64,000 bases of DNA from the human T2T-CHM13v2.0 reference genome, Homo sapiens. The notes beneath the pieces were generated by a model, which saw only the letters and a list, made by a program, of their open reading frames with translations, was not told where the DNA came from and searched no databases. Both the position numbers and the translations under genes were made by a program. Within the stretch, counting starts at the first letter, position 1. Each line of letters begins with the position of its first letter. The stretch is taken from NCBI RefSeq assembly GCF_009914755.1, contig NC_060925.1; one strand, 5' to 3'. Positions 29,900 to 43,815 of this stretch are shown in pieces.

Positions 29900-30140
29900 A
29901 TGTCTGTTAGGGCCAGTTACACGTAGGAGCCACAGTACCAGCTGCCTGCAGAGTAGCTGTGTGACCACAGGTCAGTTTCTCAACATCTGTGCGCCTTAGT
30001 TCCTTGTTTGTCAAACAGAAATGAAAATAACACCAATTTGGGGGTTATTTCTGATGACTAAATGAGTTAATGCATGCAAAGCACTTATGACAGTGCCTGG
30101 TATTTAGTAAGGTCTCAATACATGTTAGCTATAATGATAA
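29900..30140 (+). mobile_element. MIR SINE
   Basis: tagctgtgtgacc...taaatgagttaatgcatgcaaagcactta...ctcaatacatgttagctat. Confidence 0.8.
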
Positions 30141-33100
30141 TCAGTAGTCAGGGTATTACAATTAGTAGTATTCATGACTTAAAATTCCTACTCACTGGAG
30201 TTGGAGTCAGAAAGATTTTTAAGACATTAACTGTTTTCTCTCATAAGACTGGTTACTCAGGGTTAGTTTCTAACCAAAATGATGAAAGTAGCTGTTGCCC
30301 AACAACTGCTCCTTAAAGAAGCCATCTCCAGGATGGAGTGTCAGAATATGTCCAGTTAAATCTGGTCATGTTTGGAAAGTGATGGAAAGTGGGTTCCTAA
30401 TCTACTCCCTGCCACATTCCAGTTTAGAAAAATACTTATATATTTTTTTCATTTTCCAAGGATCACTATGTTCAAAACAATTTTGAACTAGTTATTCAGA
30501 CGACTTCATTACCATGTGCTTCAGATAATGACAATAGTTTTTGATAAAATTTGAGTCTGGTTGAACGCTTGCTTGACTAGAAGACACATGTGTGGGTCCT
30601 TGGTGTACTGTCTGGGCCAGTGACCCCTTGCTGAGCATGAACTATATGCTATGCAGGGTTAAATTATTTAATTCTCATAGTAACCCAATGATTTAGGTAC
30701 TCTTTCCCCTTTTTACGGCTGAGGAAAACCGAGGCACAGAGTGGTCAAGTGACTTAAGATTACAGTGTTAATCATGGGTTTGAGACAGAATTCAGAGGCC
30801 TTCCTCGGTGCCAGAACCCTGTTCTCCAAACTCCTCGGCCTCGTGGGAGTGACAGTGTAATCTGAGGCCACAGCCCTGCCTTAGCTTTTCCCATGGGCCC
30901 TGGCCTCAGAGAAAGGCACCAGGGTGGGATGTTCTGCCCCTATAGATTTCTGCTGGCCCAGCCCTACCTGGAAACCCAGATGATGAGCAAAGAAGCCCCT
31001 TGCATGGGTGTGAGTAACAGCATGTGGGGGGTCTCCAATGGCCCCAGGCAAGAGGAGGACACCGTGGTTCCCTACCCGATTCCCATCCTTCCTTCCTCCT
31101 ACTTCCTTCTCCTATTACTGTTAAACCCTACCCCTCAGTGGCAGGCACCAACTTTCCTACCTCCTTTCCTCTACCAGCAAACTTATCAGGTTAGGCCGGT
31201 AGACTATGTTTGATAAAAACTGAATTGGCACATAGTAGGTCTCTAAGGTGTATGTGAGCAAATGATAAATATAATTGGAATTTTCTTTGACTGTATACTC
31301 CTTCCTTATGGGCAAGAACTCTGATTTCTCTGTTTCATTAGAGCTTATTATAGTGCCCAGCACATACTAGATGCTCAAGGAGTATCAGTTACTGAATGTC
31401 TGGTGCAAAGGAGCTGGGAAAAAATCTAAAGGAGAAGGGATGAGTTTGGGTTTTATTTTTAGTGCCAATGTTCAAAAATATTTTTTAAAAATGTTCTACC
31501 AAACCCAAAATATTTCATTGAACACCTGGGACATCTCAGCTCTGGGAAGATCTTCCTATTACATCTCACTGCCTCCCTATTCCTGCTTCACTCTGGAAGT
31601 CCTCAGGTTATTAGGGAAAGCTCTAAAGGTGGAGGGCTGCTGGCAGGGAGATAAACATGCAGGGACAAGAGGCAGGAGTGGACGAAAACTAAGAGATACA
31701 GCAAAGATGTACGAGAGTAAGAAAACACTTGCATTCCTTCCCACGCACAGCCAGGTTGCTAGGAAGGACCTAAGACCTATGTCAGCCCTTGCCACCCTTA
31801 CCAGGCAGTGACCTTGGAGAGGGACTTCAGAGACCAGAGCTTTCATACTAAAGGAAGATTGGAGGTTGTGATTATTGTTCACTATCCGAGGTCCAACTTT
31901 GTTCTGATTCAGTCTCATTTCTTTCACATCTTGACTGTTACTGAGTACTGGGGTTTCTTTTCAAAATAACAGAGATATGTGAACTCAGGAGAAGCTTCAG
32001 GAAGAAGCCTTTGAGGGGAACCTGGGGTTAGGTTTTAGAGGAAGACAGAAGAAGAGGAGGAGCTGTCTTTGATAGGAGCATCTGACGACAGAAGATCTCT
32101 GTGGAGGTGCTTCTGAAAGACTGGTAACAGAGGGCTCCATGAGAAAGCTCGTCAAGGGAAGGGGGAAGTGGTTCCGAGAAATGAGCTCAGAAGAGCTCTG
32201 ACTTCACGTTGCCATGGTGGCAACATCCTTGCTCCATTACAACATACATCACCTAACACATGACAAAAGCAGTCTGCAAAGGGGAAGGGACGGCTGAATC
32301 AAGCCCTGCTGAGTCACTGTAGTTAACTTCCCACTCTCTGTCCACTGCATTTCTTTAGAGCTTCTTGAGACTGGCCCTCACGGCCCAGCTTTGGGTAAAT
32401 TATTGGCTCAAGAATTCAGCTTTGAATTCAATCTTCCCAGATAGGATCCTCATGGCCTCTAGTTTGGCCATTCAGTCTTTCCAGGTAGGTTCCTCATGGC
32501 CTCTCTCTTACTAGGCCATTACTCTCCTTGTTTGCCTTGACTCCTGAAAGCTGTGTGTTTTGGTATTTTTCCCCTACAAGCAATTTTAACTTTCTTTTTT
32601 TGCATAGACCAGCCATGGCTCCCTGTGATTTCAATCCCAGCTCAATATCACATTCCCTCAGACCATGTTGTTTTAGCCTGGCCCTGACATTCTTACAGCT
32701 AATTTATTCATTTCTTGCCCTGAAAAACCTCTAAGTCTTAGCCCAGCCCTGGGAACAAGACAGGATTAGTCTTGTGTGGATTTTTGAACTTGACAGTTGA
32801 AGACTTTAGATACCTAAAATCAAACTCACTTGTGACCCAGGCCACTCAATGCTACAAGTACACAGAGGGACAGTCCTTGGGTATGTTGCTATGTGACATA
32901 CAACATGCATGCTCATTAGGATCCCTCATGAAGGCAGGCACTGACATACTTACTCCTTTGAAACCCTAAATTTAGACCAAAGGAAATGTCACCTCAAATT
33001 GGGCCCATGGTCCATCCAAATCAGGCAATAACAACAGCCAACATCTGCTACATGGTGCTGACATTCTGCTAACCACTTCTCAAGCATTTGCTTCCTTACT

Positions 33101-33180
33101 ATGGTTGTTCTCAAAACAATCCTGAGGGGTGGATATCATCATCAACAGTTTACAAACAAGTAGGGAACTTAGATAAAGCA

Positions 33181-34172
33181 CGGATCACCCTTGGACAAGT
33201 TTGAACTGCATGGGTTAACTTACAGGTGAATTTTTTTCAACAAATATATTGGAATATTGTTTGGAGATTTGTGAAAATTTGAAAAAAACTCACAGACCAA
33301 CGGTGTAGCCTAAAAATATCAAAAAATTAAGAAAAGGTTATGTCACAAATACATAAAGAATAAAAAGATGTTAGTCTATTTTATCATTTACTACCATAAA
33401 ATATACAAATCTGTAAAAATAAGTTAAAATTTATCAAAATTTACACACACACTTACAGACCAGTGCCATTTGCAGTCAAGAGAAATCCAAACAAACATAA
33501 AGATGTAGTATTAAGTTGTCACTGCATAAAGTTAACCGTTTGGAGTCACCCCCTGCTGCTATTGCAGTGAGCTCCAATATCATGAGTATCCACTTAAAAC
33601 ACTGTGTGATGCTGATCATCTAGAGTGAGCAGTTTGTCTCTCCAGTAAATTGGTTCTCACTTATTTTTCATCATGTTTAGTGCATTCCTATAAACTTTGA
33701 GTAACACTGTGGGACTTATATGAGGTGCCACTAATAATGTTGGAAGTGCTCCCAAAAAATAGAGAAAAGTCATGACATTCCTAGAAGAAGTTGAATTGCT
33801 TGATATGTACCATAGACTGAGGTCTGCAGCTGTGGCATCTGCCATTTCAGATGGAGGACTCATCTTAGAAACAGACAACATAAACTTACAGTAACAATAC
33901 CTACAGTACTGTACTATAAATGTATTTTCTCCTCATGAGTTTCTTAATAATATTTTCTTTTCTCTAGCTTACTTTATTGTAATAAGACAGTATAGTACAT
34001 ATAGCATACAAAATACATGTTAATCATCTGTTTCTGGTTATAGGTAAGGTTTCCAAGCAATGGTAGATATCAGTAGTTAAGTTTTTGGCCACTCAAAAGT
34101 TATACACGGATGAATTTTCAATTGCACTGGGTGTCAGTGCTCCTAATCCCTGCATTAGTCAAGGCTCACCTA
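33181..34172 (+). mobile_element. Tigger2-family DNA transposon (Tigger2b-like internal-deletion derivative), inserted in a MIR
   Basis: Decayed TIRs cggatcacccttggacaa / ttagtcaaggctcaccta; transposase N-terminal remnant SAPKK*RKVMTFLEEVELLDMYHRLRSAAV near 33745-33835. Confidence 0.9.
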
Positions 34173-34275
34173 TAATTGCTCAATGTCACCTATCTTGCAT
34201 GCTATAGAACAGGACTTGGACCCAGATCTGTCTGAATCCCAAACCCAAGCTTTGAATCAATTAAACTCTTGGACT

Positions 34276-34610
<335 letters not shown>

Positions 34611-34746
34611 TCACACTCTTTACAAGCCACTGACCACATAAGGTCCCCTGAAACACTGTTTAGTTCTCTTAACAACCTGACAGTCTTATGTTATCTATAA
34701 TTCAATTCCTCTTGAATCCGAATGTTCTGCTTACATAAACTCTTGA

Positions 34747-35052
<306 letters not shown>

Positions 35053-36739
35053 AACAGTTCTCATTAGATTAGTGCTTTCTATGTGCTTCCTCTTATTTGA
35101 GCTAATGCTGTCTTCAGTCATTACAGAGTAGTCCTTAATTCTAGTACAATAAGATCTGTGAATTTCAATTTCCCCTAGTAGAAACCTTTGGTTTTCTTTA
35201 GATTTATTTTATCATGCTTTAAAGGTCTCATATTTCCAGGCCAAAAAGTTATGTGTACAGTGTTTATATAAGGCGGTGGTCTCAACACCTTACTTCCTGA
35301 CCCCAAGCTCCAAGTGAACCAACAAGCTCCAGACTGTTCCCTGTATGTGCCTGCATTTTCCCACCACCCTTCAAATAAAAATACTCTTCCCTTTTCAACA
35401 CCTATTCCCTGTATCCTCATAGCAAAATCTATACTTTTTTTGTAGTGTAGATTTTGGGTTAATATTGCCTCCCTCCTTGAAGCCTTTTTTGATGGCCCCC
35501 AGATGGAAGAGATTCCACTCTCAAGTGAAATAACACCATAGGACCATATATCCTGTATTCTTTACATGATACTTATCACTTTCTTGCTGGATTTTGGTCG
35601 CACTATTTCATATTTCTCCTAGCTACTTGAGACCAAGTTCTGTATATATTTTCTAGTGACTTACATTAAATTAGGTACTCACATATTGGCTCAATGCATC
35701 AATTAATATATACATAAATACTTGTACTTGACTTCTTTCTCAGAACATTTCCATTTCTTTATCAGAATGATATAACTCTAACTGCTTGAGGCATTCCAAG
35801 TAATAGATCATCATGAGTTTACACAAAGCTAAGACAATATCTTTTAGTTTGTATCTGACATCCTTCTGGCAATTGCCAACATTTAAAATATTTTGACTAA
35901 CACTAAAATTGCAGTGGCACATCAAAGTCTTCTTGGGAAAATTGAACCCTTTCCTGGATCATAACTGGGAAGCCTGTGTTTGTCATCTTGAAACAGGATG
36001 TGGCTACTTCTCTCATAAATGCATTATTTCTTTGCTTAACTTTAATTTGAAAGTACTCTTATCTTACCTACAATATTGAGATTGCACTGGCCACATTTTC
36101 AAATTATGTATCTTATAGACATGTTGTCATTTGTTTCATGCACCATTATACCAGCAAAATCTCAAACTAAAGACCCTTCCATGGCAAAAGAAACAGCATT
36201 CTAATTTATCTCCCCTAGTATTTAAAGTCTGCACATAAATTGTTCTGCATTTCTGGCTCATGCTAGAATGCAGAACTGTCAACCATGGCAATATTTGTGG
36301 TGAGTATTGGCTAAACCTTCATTCTCTGCACACACCGGGAATATTTTGACAAAAACTATTTAAAATATATTACGCACCCACATGCAGCTGGTGTTGTACA
36401 GAGTACTAAAAGGCACAATCTGCAAGGAATTCAAAGGCATCAAAGCTGCCTTTCAGATCCAAAATTGCTCTTTTTTCGAGAGACCTGAGAGTGTACACAG
36501 AAGGGAAATCATGATTATCCAAAAGCTACTGCTGCAGTCGTTACTATGTTACCTATGTGATTACTTTCTCTCAAGGAGAACATAGTGCTTGCAAAATAAG
36601 GGCTTTCAACCCATTTTAATCTTTAGTCTATTTTCCTACTATATAAAACAATTTGGTGCTGTGTCATTATAGATCAGGATTCCAAAGCCACCTCAGGAAT
36701 AGCAGAACTCAAAGGTTAATGTGTGTAAAGAATCATCCT

Positions 36740-37555
36740 TTTACAAGAAAAAAACAACCCCATCAAAAAGTGGGTGAAGGATATGAACAGACACTTCTCA
36801 AAAGAAGACATTTATGCGGCCAACAAACACATGAAAAAAGCTCACTATCACTAGTCATTTGAGAAATGCAAATCAAAACCACAATGAGATATCATCTCAT
36901 GCCAATTAGAATGGCGATCATTAAAAAGTCAGGAAACAACAGATGCTGGAGAGGATGTGGAGAAATAGGAACGCTTTTATACTGTTGATGGGAGTGTAAA
37001 TTCATTCAACCATTATGGAAGACAGTGTGGTGATTCCTCAAGGGTCTAGAACCAGAAATACCATTTGACCCAGCAATCCCATTACTGGGTATATACCCAA
37101 AGGATTAGAAATCATTCTACTAAAAAGACACATGAACATGTATGTTTATTGCAGCACTATTCATAATAGCAAAGACTTGGAACCAACCCAAATGCCCATC
37201 AGTGATAGACTAGATAAAGAAAATGTGACACATATACACCATGGAATACTATGCAGCCATAAAAAGGATGGGTTCATGTCTTTTGCAGGGACATGGATGA
37301 AACTGGAAACCATCATTCTTAGCAAACTAACACAGGAACAGAAAACCAAACACCACATGTTCTTACTCATAGGTGGGAGTTGAAAAATGAGAACACATGG
37401 ACGCAGGGAGGGGAACATCACACACTGGGGCCTGTTGGTGGGTGGGGGTTAGGGGAGGGATAGCATTAGGAGAAATACCTAATACCTATGTAACAAACCT
37501 GCACGTTCTGCACATGTATCCCAGAACTTAAAATAAAAAAATACAATTTTAAAAA
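36740..37555 (+). mobile_element. 5'-truncated primate L1 (L1PA, about PA7/8) 3' end
   Basis: ORF2 C-terminus (MSFAGTWMKLETIILSKLTQEQKTKHHMFLLIGGS), G-rich 3' UTR, TSD aaagaatcatcc/aaaaaatcatcc. Confidence 0.95.
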
Positions 37556-37569
37556 AATCATCCAAGGTG

Positions 37570-37710
37570 TTTCTTTTTGAAATGCAGACACACAGGCCCC
37601 AGTTCACACCTACTGATTTGCTATCTCTGGGGGCAAGGCTGGTAATCTGTATATTTTAACGAGTCCATCAAGAATGCTGATCAGTGGCCCTGGGGCAGAC
37701 TTTGAGGAAA
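37570..37710. mobile_element. MER5A-like hAT-Charlie fragment
   Basis: aaatgcaga...cctactga...atctctggggg...aatctgtatattttaac motif. Confidence 0.6.
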
Positions 37711-38044
37711 AAAATAGAACTGGTAAATGAGAAAGATTGTAAAGAAGTTATCATAACATCGGGGACTGACAGAGCAGAATGGTGTTTACTTTCTGGGGGA
37801 TGTAGGCTCATCACAGGGCCCTGCCTGCTCCTTGCAGGGGTAGAACCCCTCATCTCACCTGAATCGAGTTGATGTGATGGGATTGCCACAGGCTGATAGC
37901 ACAAGAACTCCAGAGTCCTTGTCCAAGCAGCTGTGAGATTTGAGAGGAGTACTTCACCTCTCAGAGCCAGGCCTGATGATCTCCAAGGGTGCTCTAATTA
38001 ACCTATGAATTAATTCAGGGGAGGCTGCAGCTTTCCCTTTCTGG

Positions 38045-38338
38045 CATTGCCATCCAACAAAAACAATGCAAGCCACATATGTACATGTACGTTTTCTAGT
38101 AGCTCCATTTCAAAAAGTGAAAAGAAACTAGGTGAAATTAATAGTATATTTTAATACGATATATCTGAAATGCTATGATTTCAGTGTGATCAACATAACT
38201 CTTGAGATATTTTATATTTTTTGGTTTTAAGTCTTGAAAATCTGGGGCCTATTTTATACTTTCAGCACATCTCAATTTAGATAGCCACATTTTAAGTGCT
38301 CAGGAGTCACCCATGAATACTCTACTAGACAGTGCTGC
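38045..38338. mobile_element. MER33-like hAT-Charlie element
   Basis: aatgcaagccacatatgta...cagcacatctcaatttagatagccacattttaagtgctc. Confidence 0.75.
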
Positions 38339-38344
38339 AATAGG

Positions 38345-38630
38345 GTAGGGATCCGCAAACTATAGCTCATGGGCCAAGTCAAAAGAAGCATAATATTTCA
38401 AAATATATGAAAATTAACTGAAATTTAAATTTTAGGTTCATAAATAAATTTTATCGGAATGTAGCCATACTCATTCATTCATATATTATCCATGGCTGTT
38501 TTTTGTGTATGTTTTTTTGTTTTGTTTTAGAACAATAGAGTTGAGTAGTTACAAGAGAAACCATATGGCCCATAAAGCCTAAGGTATTTACTATCTGATC
38601 CATTATAGAAAAAAAGCTGATAGATGTGTG
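38345..38630 (+). mobile_element. MER58-like hAT-Charlie element
   Basis: gcaaactatagctcatgggccaa...agagttgagtagttac...tggcccataaagcctaaggtatttactatctg. Confidence 0.8.
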
Positions 38631-39609
38631 CTCTAGGAATCCACAGAGAGGAAGCATAAGAGGCTACCCTCGAGGGCTGGCTCCTTCTGGCCCTCTGCTA
38701 TTTGCATATAAGCAAGGTTTGGCTAGTGCTTGGCTTGGAGACATAGCAAGCCTCTACAGAAAGGGTTAGGGGGCTGGACAGTAAAGGCTCAGAGGGCTTA
38801 CCAATAACATGGAATGCTGATGGGGATGCCACAGCAAAGAGGAAAGTCAGGTGGGCCCAATACAAGGGTGTGGAGCAAGGAAGGACATCCTAGTTGGCAA
38901 GACACTAGAGGAGGGCCTGGTTTGGAGGTGACACTCCATGCAAGAAGGGGCCCTGAAGATGGATTTGGCCAGCTTGACCCATTTTCCTGTGTATGGATTT
39001 TGGATTTGAACCCTAACTGAGTAGGAATAACAGCAGCTGCCTGCTTTCATTTGTCACTCTTCTGTATTTAAAGGTCTGTTCTTACCTGGTGATGAGCTTT
39101 TACAACTTCCATCAATGTCCAGTATTTGAGCTGCATCCCCTCTGCCTATCCTTTCTGGCTCTGGATTCCAAACTTTGTTGGTCACTTGGTTTTTCTGTCA
39201 CCCTGGCTGACTGCATGGATGATTGGAGGGCAGACTAGCCCAGGCCCTTGAGTTCAGGGAATCTTTCCAGGGCTGTAATTACCTGGGATTTAGCTCCATC
39301 AAAGCATATTTTGATCCATCAACCCAATGTCCTGGCCCAACCCTTCCAGTTCCTGTAAGTTACCATTGGGCAAAATAAAGATAACATTTATTAATTTTTC
39401 TCTTTTAAACAATTGGGAAAATATGACCAAGCCTTTGGGGAGAAAAACAGTTATCTGGCCTCTTTGATCCATTTCCTTGGATTTATAAATTCCTGGTAGC
39501 ATGTCTTTAATTGGTAGGTTTTTTTTGCTGTATTATTCCATAAATCTTTCTGCTCTTAATCCTGTTGACCCAATCATTTCTGCTTTTATTCATTTTTTTT
39601 TTACCCTTC

Positions 39610-39790
39610 ATCCAGATTTTCTAAATGTTAACATCCTACATTACCATGGTACATTTGCTAAAACTAAGAAGCCAGCATTATGATTAGTACTAGTAGTACA
39701 ATACTATTAACTAAACTTGACACTTTATTCACATTTCAGTTTTCTGTTCTGAAACATAATGTAGGACATCACATAGCATTTAGAACAATT
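39610..39790 (-). mobile_element. L1MC-type 3' UTR fragment
   Basis: aatgttaacatcctacattaccatggtacatttgctaaaactaagaa motif. Confidence 0.65.
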
Positions 39791-39949
39791 TTAAATTAGC
39801 ACAAAAATCAACATTATTAATCAGTTAGTGACTCTACCATCAAAATCTAAAGGTACCTTTCTGAAATACTTGAGAGCTCTTGGAAACCATTTACTCTCTT
39901 AAGTAGTTTTTTGCAAACTTGTTGACTTATTAATTGACATAGTAAACTT

Positions 39950-42900
39950 TTTTTACAATTGTTATCTGATTAAATACACATAACATTTTTATGATGAAAT
40001 ACATATAACATTTCCCATCATAACCATTTTTAATTGTACAGTTCAGTGATATTGAATACATTCATAATGTTGTGCAACCATCACCACCATTCATCTCTAT
40101 AACTCTTACATCTTGTAAAACTAAAACTCTGTATCCATTAAACAATAACGCCCCATTCCCCCGACCCTAGTCCACATCAAACACCATTCTACTTCCTGTG
40201 TCTATGATTTTTGACTACTTTAACTACCTCATATAAGTGGAATCATACAGTATTTATCTTTGTGTGGCTGCTTATTTCACTTGGCATAATGTTCTCAAGT
40301 TTCATGCATGTTGTGGCATATGTCAGAATCTCCTTCCTTTATAAGGCTGAGTAATATTCCATTGTATTTGTATACCACCATTTGCTTATCCATTCATCTA
40401 TCAATGGACTCTTGTGTTGATCCCACATTTTAGCTATTGTGAATAGTGCTGCCAAAAACACGGGTGTACAAATATCTCTTCCAGACCGTGCTTTCAGTTA
40501 TTTGGGGTATATCTCCAGAACTGGAATTGCTGAGTAATATAAAAATTCTGTTTTTAATTTTTTGGAAACCTGCCATGCTGTTTTGCACAGTGGCTGTACT
40601 ATTTTACATTCCCAACAACAGTGCACAAGAGTTCTAATTTCTTCACATTCTCACCAATACACGTTATTTTCTGTGATTTTTTTTTAAACAGTAGCCACCC
40701 TAAAGGAGGTGAGGTGGTATTTTATTATGGTGTTGATTTGCATTTATCTAATGATTAGTGATGTTAAAAATCTTTTCATATGCTTATTGGCCATTTGTAT
40801 ATCTTCTTTGGAGAAATGTCTATTAAAGTCTTTTGCCCATTTTTGAATTTGGTTATTTGCTTTTTCATTGAGTTTTAGGAGTGTTCTATATAGTCTGGAT
40901 ACAATCTCTACAGGTATACTATTCGCTAATATTTTTCCCATTCTGTGGACCACATTTCTACTAAGTTGATAGCATCTTCTGATGTACAAAATTTTTAAAT
41001 TTTCGTAAGGTCCAATTGTCTAATTTTTTCTTCTATTGCCTGTGTTTTGGTGTCATATCCAAGAATTCAGTGCCAAACCCAAAGTCAGGAAGGATTTGCC
41101 CTATGTTTTCTTATAAGAGTTTCATAGTTTTAGGTCTTATATTAAGATCTTTGATCTATTCTGAGTTAATTTTTGTATATAGTGTTAGGTAAGGATTCAA
41201 CCTCATTATTTTGCATGTGGATATCCAGTTTTTCCCACATCATTTGTTGAAAATACTGTCCTTTTTCATGGAATGATCCTGTCACCCTTGTCAAAAATCA
41301 CTTGACCATATATGTGAGGACTGACTTCTGGGCTCACGATTCTATTTCATTGATCTGTATGTCTGTCTTTATGCCAGTACCACACTGTTTTGATTACTGC
41401 AGATTTGTGGTAAATTTTGAAATCAGGAAATATGAGTCCTCTAGATTTGTTCTTTTTCAAGATTATTCTGACTATTCAGGATCCCTTAAAACTCCATGTG
41501 AATTTTAGGATAGGCTCTTCTATTTCTACAAAAAACGTTTTTGGATTTTGAAAGTGATTGCATTGAATTTGTAGATTGCTTTTGGTAGTATTGCCATCTT
41601 AACAATATTAAGTCTTCCAATTCAATAACATGAAATGTATTTCCACTTATTTATGTCTTCTTTAATTTTCTCAGCAATGTTTTATAGTTTTAATCATATG
41701 AGTCTTTCACCTCTTTGGTTAAATTAATTACTAAGTATTTTATTCTTTTTGCTGCTATAGTCAATGAAATTTTTTTCATAATTCCCTTTTTAGGTTGTTC
41801 ATTGTTAGTGTATAGAAATGCAACTGATTTTTCTGTGTTGACTTTTTAGCTGGTTACTTTGTTGAACTCATTTAATTTTAACAATTTTTGTGGGATCTTT
41901 AGTGTTTTCTACATACAAGTTCATATCATCTGCAAACAGAAATAGTTTTACATTTTGTTTTCCAATTTGGATGTCTTTTATTTCTTTCTTGCCTAATTGC
42001 TGTGGCTAGAACTTCCAGTACTATGTTGAATAAAAGTGGTAAAAGCAAACATCCTTGACTTTTTCTTGATCTTAGAGAAAAGCTTTCTGTCTTTCACCAT
42101 GAAGTATGATGTTTACTGTGGGTTTCTTTCACATGGCTTTTATTATGCTGAGGTAGTTTACTTCTGCTCCTAGTTTGTTGAGTGTTTTTTATCATGAGAG
42201 TGTTGAATTTTGTCAAATGCTTTTTCTGCATCAATAATATAATCTTTTTTTTCATTCATTCTTTTGATGTGGTATATTACACTGATCAATTCTGTATGTT
42301 GAACCATCCTTGCATTCCAAAAATAAATCCCCCTTGGTCATAATAAATAATCATGTTAATATGCTGATGAATTCAGTTTGCTAGTATTTTTTTTGGTAAT
42401 TTTTGTATCAATGTTTATAAGAAATATTGATTTGTAATTTTCTTTTCTTGTAGTGCCTTTACCTAGCTTTGGTATTGGGGTAATGCTGGCCTCATAGAAT
42501 GAGTTAGGACGTGTTGTCTTTTCTTCAGTTTTTGAACAGTTTGAGAAGCGTTGGATATTAGTTCTTCTTTAAATGTTTGGTTGAACTCACCAGTGATTCC
42601 ATCAGGTCTAGTGCTTTTCTTTGTTGGGAGATTTTTGAATACTGATTCAATCTCCTTACTCGTTATAGGTCTATTTAGACTTTATATTTCTTTATGATTT
42701 AGTCTCAGTAGGTTTCTGTGCTTCTAGAAAATTGTCCATTTCATCTAGGTTATCCAGTTTGGTGGTGTGTAATTCTTCATAGTTCTCTCTTTTAATTGTT
42801 TTTATTTCTGTAGAATTGGTAGTAATGCCCACACATTCATTTCTGGTTTTAGTAATTTTTTCTTAGTCCATATAGCTAAAGGTTTGTCAATTTTATTGCT

Positions 42901-43815
42901 GTTTTTAAAGAATCAACTTTTGGTTTCATTAATTTTTTTATTGTTTTTCCATTTTTTTTTTTTTTAGTTCATTAAGTTGTATGTTACGCTATTGATTTGA
43001 GATCTTTCTTGTTTTTTAAAGAAGGAAATTAGGCCAGTTGCAGTGGCTCACACTTGTAATCCCAGCACTTTAGAAGGCTGAGGTGGGAGGATCACTTGAG
43101 GTCAAGAGTTCAAGACCAGCCTGGCCAATATGGTGAAACCCCATCTCTACTAAAAATACAAAAATTAATTGGGCGTAGTGGTACATGCCTGTAGTTCTAG
43201 CTACTTGGAGGCTGAAGCATGAGGCTGAAGCATGAGAACTGCTTTAATCTGGGAGGAGGAGATTGTAGTGAACCAAGATCATGCCACTGCACTCCAGCCT
43301 GGATGACAGAGAGCAAGACTCAGTCTCAAAAAAAAAAAATTAAATTAAATTAAAAAATAAAGTAATAAATTATACTATAAATTTTCCCCTTACTATTACT
43401 TTTGCTGCATTCATAAGTTTTGGTATGTTATATTTTCATTTTCATTCATCTCCAAGTAATTTTTAATTTCCCTCTTGATTTCTTCTTTGATCCACTGGTT
43501 GTTAAAGGTTGTGTTGTTTAATTTCTATAAATTTGTAAATTTTTCAGTTTTACTTCTGTTATCAATTTCTAACTTCATCCCTGTGTGGTTGGAGAATATA
43601 CTTTGTACAATATCTATCTTCTTAAATCTACTGAGCATTAGTTTGCTGCCTAACATATGGTCTATCTTGGAAAATGTCCCATGTGTTCTTGAGAAGAATG
43701 TGAATGCTATTGTTGTTTACTAGAGTGTTCTATACATGTATGTTAAACCTAGTTGATTTATTGTGTCGTTTAAGTCCCCTATTTCCTTATCTTCTGTCTA
43801 GTTGTTTCATTTATT
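39950..43815 (-). mobile_element. L1 (L1MB3-like), ~3.5 kb 5'-truncated, interrupted by an Alu
   Basis: Reverse 3' UTR (catcttgtaaaactaaaactctgtatccattaaacaataac) and ORF2 remnants ([24 protein letters not shown]). Confidence 0.93.
43032..43350 (+). mobile_element. Alu SINE with a 13-bp internal tandem duplication (gaggctgaagcat x2)
   Basis: Full dimer within L1. Confidence 0.95.

Noticed and set aside
33740-33860. Tigger transposase-like peptide
   Set aside because: In-frame stop and truncation; a dead remnant, not a TIGD-type gene.
37132-37383. 83-aa ORF with an L1 ORF2 C-terminus
   Set aside because: Frameshifted fragment of a 5'-truncated L1PA.
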